IMG/VR virus record: IMGVR_UViG_3300042291_000228
Coordinates: 1 to 64,000 of that record
Source of the DNA: a virus
Length of the DNA: 64,000 bases
Strand: one strand, 5' to 3'
Both the position numbers and the translations under genes were made by a program. Below the pieces are notes generated by a model. It was not told the DNA's origin and did not search any database. It was given only the letters and a program-made list of their open reading frames with translations. This document shows, piece by piece, positions 59,307 through 64,000 of the stretch; position 1 is the first letter of the stretch, and each line of letters starts with the position of its first letter.

Positions 59307-60314
59307 TCATACGGACAAAGTTTTAATTTCATTCGAATACCTTGCATTCAGTGGCTCGGCATAGGCCTGTGCTTGATCGGCAATCTTTTTAAGATCATAT
59401 AGATTGCAAAATTTCATTAATCTAATACCAACTTGACTAATATTCTTATTTGCACTTGTTGCTGTAGCAATAGTTTCTGTAATGATGTTTTTAATTTCTT
59501 CGGGCTGTGCAGAAAGATCAATTAAAATACGATTACGTTCGTAATCATCTAGCACACGATGTTCTTTACCTTCGTGGTCGGACCAGCGCTGAAGCATGAG
59601 ATTGTTCCACGCATAGCCTTTTAAATCTCTGTCACCGTAAGCCTCACGGAGACCAACCTTATTTTTTGTGCCTTTTTCCCGTACTCCCGGATATGCAGAG
59701 AATACATTGTCTGAGGTATCGCCTCGCATACACTTCTCAAAGAGTAACCACTGGGGGTCCGGAATGGCTTTTGGTTCTTGAGTCTTTTTATCAATAACTC
59801 TCTTACCTTTTGCATCAAAAATACCTTCATGTGTAATAGTAGTTTCCATAACGCCGTTAAATTGGCGTACATTAGGTGCAATCAATTGTACAAAGTCTGT
59901 ATCGGTTGAAATGATAACATGGTCATCGTTTGGATGTGTCTGTATCCATCCAGCAATTAAATCATCTGCTTCTAGGCGTGAATGTTGTAGTACTGTGCAG
60001 TTTGTCTTTTCTGTTACAAACTCTTTGAATGTATCAAATGCTTCCCAAAACACTTTCTCTTCTTCTGCTTCACGTTCTGTATGTGCGGCACGACTAGCGG
60101 CTCTTTGTGCCTTGTAAGGCTTATAATGATCTTTACGCCAGCTACGTCCCTCGAGGCAGAACACCACATGACTTCCACCAAAGTCTTGCCACGCTTTTTT
60201 AATACTGTTTAAAGTAATATGAAAGGCCATACCTAGTTTGATATCAGCGTCACCGTTGATAACGTGCCTAGCACGAAAGAAAGTGTTTGCAGTATCAACT
60301 AAAATATATGTCAT
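59307..60314 (-). CDS. rnh: RNase H / 5'-3' flap exonuclease, T4-like
   Basis: ILVD, SWRK..Y..YK..R, LEADDLIA, ISTDTDFVQL, GDTSDNV. Confidence 0.9.
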   Translation of the reverse strand: MTYILVDTANTFFRARHVINGDADIKLGMAFHITLNSIKKAWQDFGGSHVVFCLEGRSWRKDHYKPYKAQRAASRAAHTEREAEEEKVFWEAFDTFKEFVTEKTNCTVLQHSRLEADDLIAGWIQTHPNDDHVIISTDTDFVQLIAPNVRQFNGVMETTITHEGIFDAKGKRVIDKKTQEPKAIPDPQWLLFEKCMRGDTSDNVFSAYPGVREKGTKNKVGLREAYGDRDLKGYAWNNLMLQRWSDHEGKEHRVLDDYERNRILIDLSAQPEEIKNIITETIATATSANKNISQVGIRLMKFCNLYDLKKIADQAQAYAEPLNARYSNEIKTLSV

Positions 60315-60778
60315 AGATTCTTTTTTCTAATTTGATTAATGTCAACAACGCCAGTGTTTACAGCGCCACCAAAATCACCGTCAACTACCACATTAGCACA
60401 TAGTTCACGGAACCAACGATCTACAATTTCTTCGTCTTTGTCTCCGTCAAAACCATATCCCTCTTGCTTTAATTTTAACACAAAATGCTCGTTCCAGTCA
60501 AGCTCAAAAAAGCCATTACGTATGTTATCTTTATTAATATGTGTATTGAGAACACCTACCCAGGGTTCTTTTAATTTGGTTGCACGATCTTTTGGTGCTA
60601 ATTTTATTAATGCTTCTTGTTCTAGAGCAACGGTTGTCTTTTGTTCTACGATTGCAATCTCATCAGTTTTTTGATCAGCTAGTTTTGTAGCTTCTTCAAT
60701 GGCTGTTTTAGTATCGATAAGTTGTTGCTCTAATTTATCGATACCCATTATTTTTTTAAAGAATTTTGTTAGCATCAT
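60311..60778 (-). CDS. hypothetical protein
   Basis: ATGA-coupled to queE and rnh; GFFELDWN..VDRWF motif. Confidence 0.65.
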   Translation of the reverse strand: MMLTKFFKKIMGIDKLEQQLIDTKTAIEEATKLADQKTDEIAIVEQKTTVALEQEALIKLAPKDRATKLKEPWVGVLNTHINKDNIRNGFFELDWNEHFVLKLKQEGYGFDGDKDEEIVDRWFRELCANVVVDGDFGGAVNTGVVDINQIRKKNL

Positions 60779-61629
60779 GTACCCCACTCATTTTTAAATA
60801 GTGGCACTTGTAGTCTATCGCTATAACGCCAGCCACGTTTCATAGCTGCCAATGCTACATTCTTTGCGTTAAGTGTATAAACACTTTCTACACCACCTAC
60901 TGGCATTAGATATATATGACCGGTAAACCCAGCATGTCGAAATGCACCTGCCGCACACTCTGCATCTTTAATATCTTCTTCCGTTGCCACTACAAATTTC
61001 AAATATGCTGTACCAACTTGTTCGTACTCGCATACAATCTCTGGACAGATAGCTTCTTCCCACTTCTCACCACTTGCTGGCAGTTTAGCACTTACACTAA
61101 ATGTAACTTCTCTGCCTACTACGCTATTCCATTTAGCCAAGTATGCTTTAAATTCTGGTGTAAGCTTCTGAGTACCGTTTGTTTCGAAGGTAATCTCTTT
61201 CAAGTCACGCATCTTAGTATTGTTTAACAAGTCTGGGTAAGCACGTTGCCAGCCTAGCAACGGCTCTCCGCCTGTGATGACCAAGTGTTCATCGACCCAG
61301 TAATCCTGTGGAAGAATTTCCATAATGCGATCTGTGATAGCTTCGCTTGTAAGCATCGGCGACAAATCTTTAAAGTCTGGATGCCAACTAGCATAACTGT
61401 CACAGCCTGTGCTAACTAGGGGTAAGTCTTCATACTTCTGAAAAGACTCTATTATTGTATGTGTAGCCGCAATGTCAGTTGCTTCGTGACTAACTTCTCC
61501 ACGCGGCATACCAAAGCCAGCACATTTGAAATTACAACCAAATGTGCGCAGAAACACACTCGGTACACCCATATATCTACCCTCTCCTTGTATAGAGTAG
61601 AAAAGTTCCGCTATCTTAATCTTTGACAT
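60775..61629 (-). CDS. queE: 7-carboxy-7-deazaguanine synthase (radical SAM)
   Basis: ELFYSIQGEG..G.PSVFLRTFGCNFKC, CDS, VITGGEPLL, ETNGT, LKFVV, YLMP, SDRLQ. Confidence 0.88.
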   Translation of the reverse strand: MSKIKIAELFYSIQGEGRYMGVPSVFLRTFGCNFKCAGFGMPRGEVSHEATDIAATHTIIESFQKYEDLPLVSTGCDSYASWHPDFKDLSPMLTSEAITDRIMEILPQDYWVDEHLVITGGEPLLGWQRAYPDLLNNTKMRDLKEITFETNGTQKLTPEFKAYLAKWNSVVGREVTFSVSAKLPASGEKWEEAICPEIVCEYEQVGTAYLKFVVATEEDIKDAECAAGAFRHAGFTGHIYLMPVGGVESVYTLNAKNVALAAMKRGWRYSDRLQVPLFKNEWGT

Positions 61630-62818
61630 CTGTATCCTTTATTATTTCTAAGTTTAACATATTATTCGATAAATGTAAATTCTTTTGGAGAGTTTTACAA
61701 TTATCCCCGTGCCATCTATTATAGTTGGCTGTATTTGATAAAACTTTACCACAGTGTTTACAAGTTTTTTTTGGTTTGTCTAACATTCTTTGTCTTCGCA
61801 TTTCTAACATTTCAGGAGATAATGTTTTACCTAATCTGCGTTCACTCATTGCTTTGCGTTCTTCTTCAGATTTTTTCTTTCCAAAATTAGGATTGTTTTC
61901 TCCTCTTGTCCACCACCTATCTACTTTCTTGTTACTTTCAGAAATCTTCCTTCTGTGTTCTTCGGATTTTGGGCGTTTTCCTACTTCTCTGGATGCTTCA
62001 CGCTGTCTGTCTTTACCTTCCGGAGTATATACTTTGTTTTTAGCCGATGCTCTCATATGTTCAATCTGCTCCGGCGTGTAAATTTCTTTCCAACTTTTGC
62101 CTTTTCGAGCAGATGCCGCTTCTCTCATTTTTTCTGTATGGGCAGGATCTCGTTTTACACCTTTTGTTCTACCACTAGTATTTTTGCGTTGTTTTATCCC
62201 TTCAGGTGAATTAAAAAATGCTTGACGTTTAGCTATCATCATTTCTTTGTATTCTGGATCAGCCCAACGTTTAATGATCGCGGCACGTTGTCTTTCTTTT
62301 CCTTCAGGAGTTACTTTAGACGGTTTACCCCAATTAGGATTTTCTGGGCCGCGTTTAAACTCTTTTAACTTACTTTTCTCGCCAATCTTCTTTTTAGATT
62401 CTTCTGAGTGTTTTCGTCCTACCCAAGTGCCGCCTTCTTTGGCATACTTCTCTTTTAACATTTGAGAATAGTGTTTTCTAAATGTTTCATACATCCTACT
62501 GGAAATTGTATAGGTATGATTTACGCCGCGTTCCTTAGTAGTCATTTTGTTAATGAATGTATTAAACGCAAATGCCATTTTGCTACCGTATATACCTTCA
62601 AACTTCATTTTCCATAACAATGCGTGAGCAATGTAATGTTCGCGGGCAGTTAGTTGGACTACGTTTGATTTGATATTATCGCCGCCGAAACTACGAGGAA
62701 TAATATGATGTGTTTCTTTATACCCTTGTATAGAACCTCGTAGTTGTGCTTTGTGTATGAGGGATTCATACCACTTACTATATTTGCTTTCTACAAATTT
62801 TACGGGCCAGTTTATCAT
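61616..62818 (-). mobile_element. free-standing HNH homing endonuclease with NUMOD3-like repeats
   Basis: ETHHIIPRSFGG....N.V.LTAREHYIAH; HSEESKKKI, KSEEHRRKISE repeats; CKHC..RWHGDNC zinc finger. Confidence 0.88.
61651..61679 (-). promoter_or_regulatory. sigma70-type promoter for queE inside the 3' end of the HNH gene
   Basis: TTTACA-17 nt-TAAACT with TG extension, followed by an AAGGA RBS. Confidence 0.55.
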
Positions 62819-62861
62819 CAATGTTAAGCAGAATTAGAACAGCATACCTATATAGTGTTCT

Positions 62862-62888
62862 TCACTCTGTAATTTTAATCTTACTCAT
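62862..62888 (-). pseudogene. orphaned original 5' end of queE (MSKIKITE*)
   Basis: ATG AGT AAG ATT AAA ATT ACA GAG TGA matches the QueE N-terminus MSKIKIAE at 7 of 8 residues; ATGA-coupled to the upstream gene. Confidence 0.75.
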
Positions 62889-63172
62889 AAGTTAATTTCA
62901 CTTTCAAATATGTTTGACCATTTTTTTAATTTAGCAATTTTGTTATCTGCTGATACAAGCACTTCTTTTTTGTCTACTAGATTGTACACAATACAAAGAT
63001 CAATCATGGCCTGTAAATCTCCTAACTCTTCTGCTAGATGTTGTCTATTAGTAAGTGGCTTACCAGGTTTGACATTATCTAAACCGAATCGACTAATCTT
63101 GCTGATAGCAACAATTACTTCTGCACATTCCTCTTGAGTAATGTCTAGAATTTCTTTTTCTTTATTATTCAT
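62885..63172 (-). CDS. MazG-like NTP pyrophosphohydrolase
   Basis: QEECAEV..SK..RFG, LAEELGDL. Confidence 0.75.
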   Translation of the reverse strand: MNNKEKEILDITQEECAEVIVAISKISRFGLDNVKPGKPLTNRQHLAEELGDLQAMIDLCIVYNLVDKKEVLVSADNKIAKLKKWSNIFESEINL

Positions 63173-63178
63173 ATTACT

Positions 63179-63207
63179 ATTATACATTCTTTTTTGATAA
63201 AGACCAA
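63179..63207 (-). promoter_or_regulatory. sigma70-type promoter, probably leaderless transcript
   Basis: TTGGTC-17 nt-TATAAT, then 6 nt to ATG 63172. Confidence 0.6.
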
Positions 63208-63344
63208 GAGCCGTCTTGATTATCTTTCCAAACTAACTCATCGCCTTCTTTCCAACCTGTTTCTTCGAGCATATCTTCAGGGAAGGGTAATATCAAGTCA
63301 CCTGTTTCAGGATCGTCTTGTAGTTCAATTGTCCAATTTTTCAA
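63180..63344 (-). CDS. AbrB/SpoVT-like small DNA-binding protein
   Basis: GDLILPFPEDMLEETGWKEGDELVW; TTG start with AGGAG RBS. Confidence 0.6.
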   Translation of the reverse strand: MKNWTIELQDDPETGDLILPFPEDMLEETGWKEGDELVWKDNQDGSWSLSKKNV

Positions 63345-63846
63345 TGTTAACTCCTGATTTTTTAAGGAACTCAATTCCTGAATCATCTCTATAGTTTTCA
63401 CTATAGTAGACACCATTTATGCCAGTCTGATATATAAGTTTGGCGCATTCAATACAAGGGGCATGAGTAATGAAAATATCAGCACCATTGCCGCTGTCAT
63501 TCGACTTTGCTAATTTTGCAATAGCATTTGATTCAGCATGAAGTACCTCTGGCTTGGTTTTTAAAGCATATCTCCTAGCATATCCTATATCGGGATCAAA
63601 GTCTTCCTCTTCAAAAGGCCAACGTTCGTAGATCTCATCGGGGTCTAGCCAGCCGCCTGCATCTCGGCTCATATAATCTCGGTATTCACAATCGTTATCC
63701 CAACCTGCCGGCATACCATTATAGCCAATAGAGATAATACGATCATCTTTAACTACAATAGCACCTACGTGAAGTCTACGTGCTGAACTGAGTTCCGCGA
63801 ATATCTTTGCGGTCTTCATATACGTTTGTTTGAACTTTTCCTTCAT
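63325..63846 (-). CDS. cd: dCMP deaminase
   Basis: VGAIVVKD..IISIGYNG.P, HAESNAI, PCIEC. Confidence 0.92.
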   Translation of the reverse strand: MKEKFKQTYMKTAKIFAELSSARRLHVGAIVVKDDRIISIGYNGMPAGWDNDCEYRDYMSRDAGGWLDPDEIYERWPFEEEDFDPDIGYARRYALKTKPEVLHAESNAIAKLAKSNDSGNGADIFITHAPCIECAKLIYQTGINGVYYSENYRDDSGIEFLKKSGVNIEKLDN

Positions 63847-63988
63847 TTTCTTTTTTCCATTGTTGGTGTTTGAGTTCTCGACATTGTTTTTTTACTTCTA
63901 GAGGAATATCAGGATGCCATTCAGCCATACCGCAATCGTATACTCTATACTCGGGCATTGGTGTTAGACTGAGCACTAATACCCACAT
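63776..63988 (-). CDS. hypothetical protein (may start outside the window)
   Basis: Hydrophobic N-terminus then YDC.MAEWHPDIP..VK.QC. Confidence 0.45.
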   Translation of the reverse strand: MWVLVLSLTPMPEYRVYDCGMAEWHPDIPLEVKKQCRELKHQQWKKENEGKVQTNVYEDRKDIRGTQFST

Positions 63989-64000
63989 TAAAAATCCTAT

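Noticed and set aside
61616-62888. Group I intron interrupting queE
   Set aside because: Only ~40 nt of non-coding sequence flank the HNH ORF, too little for a ribozyme core, and downstream queE has its own complete start and RBS
1-64000. Stop-codon reassignment as in some large phages
   Set aside because: Recognisable genes are full length and tightly packed under the standard code

Overview
A 64-kb, gene-dense, AT-rich segment of a large T4-like (contractile-tailed) bacteriophage genome, read in the standard genetic code. Left arm (mostly - strand): Maf/GT29-like transferase, portal (gp20), tape measure with a C-terminal M15-type peptidase, a divergent gp26/gp51-like pair joined by a probable -1 frameshift, two probable internal head proteins, a ~550-nt structured non-coding region, a minimal GIY-YIG nuclease, gp46/gp47 and the late sigma factor gp55. 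Centre (+ strand): baseplate module (gp53, hub, gp5, gp25, gp6, a 4918-aa giant protein), four paralogous tail fibres, two paralogous structural proteins, then a late-promoter-driven cluster of 4 glycosyltransferase-like genes, 2 radical SAM enzymes and an SGNH protein. Right arm (- strand): small unknown genes, RNase H, QueE, an HNH/NUMOD3 homing endonuclease, MazG-like and AbrB-like genes, and dCMP deaminase. Best candidates for new biology: (1) the large structured ncRNA directly behind the GIY-YIG gene; (2) a homing endonuclease inserted into the 5' end of queE that supplies a new promoter, RBS and recoded N-terminus; (3) the G/GT-like frameshift in gp26-gp51; (4) a putative virion-modification operon. 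All family calls are by motif recognition by eye; no searches were run.
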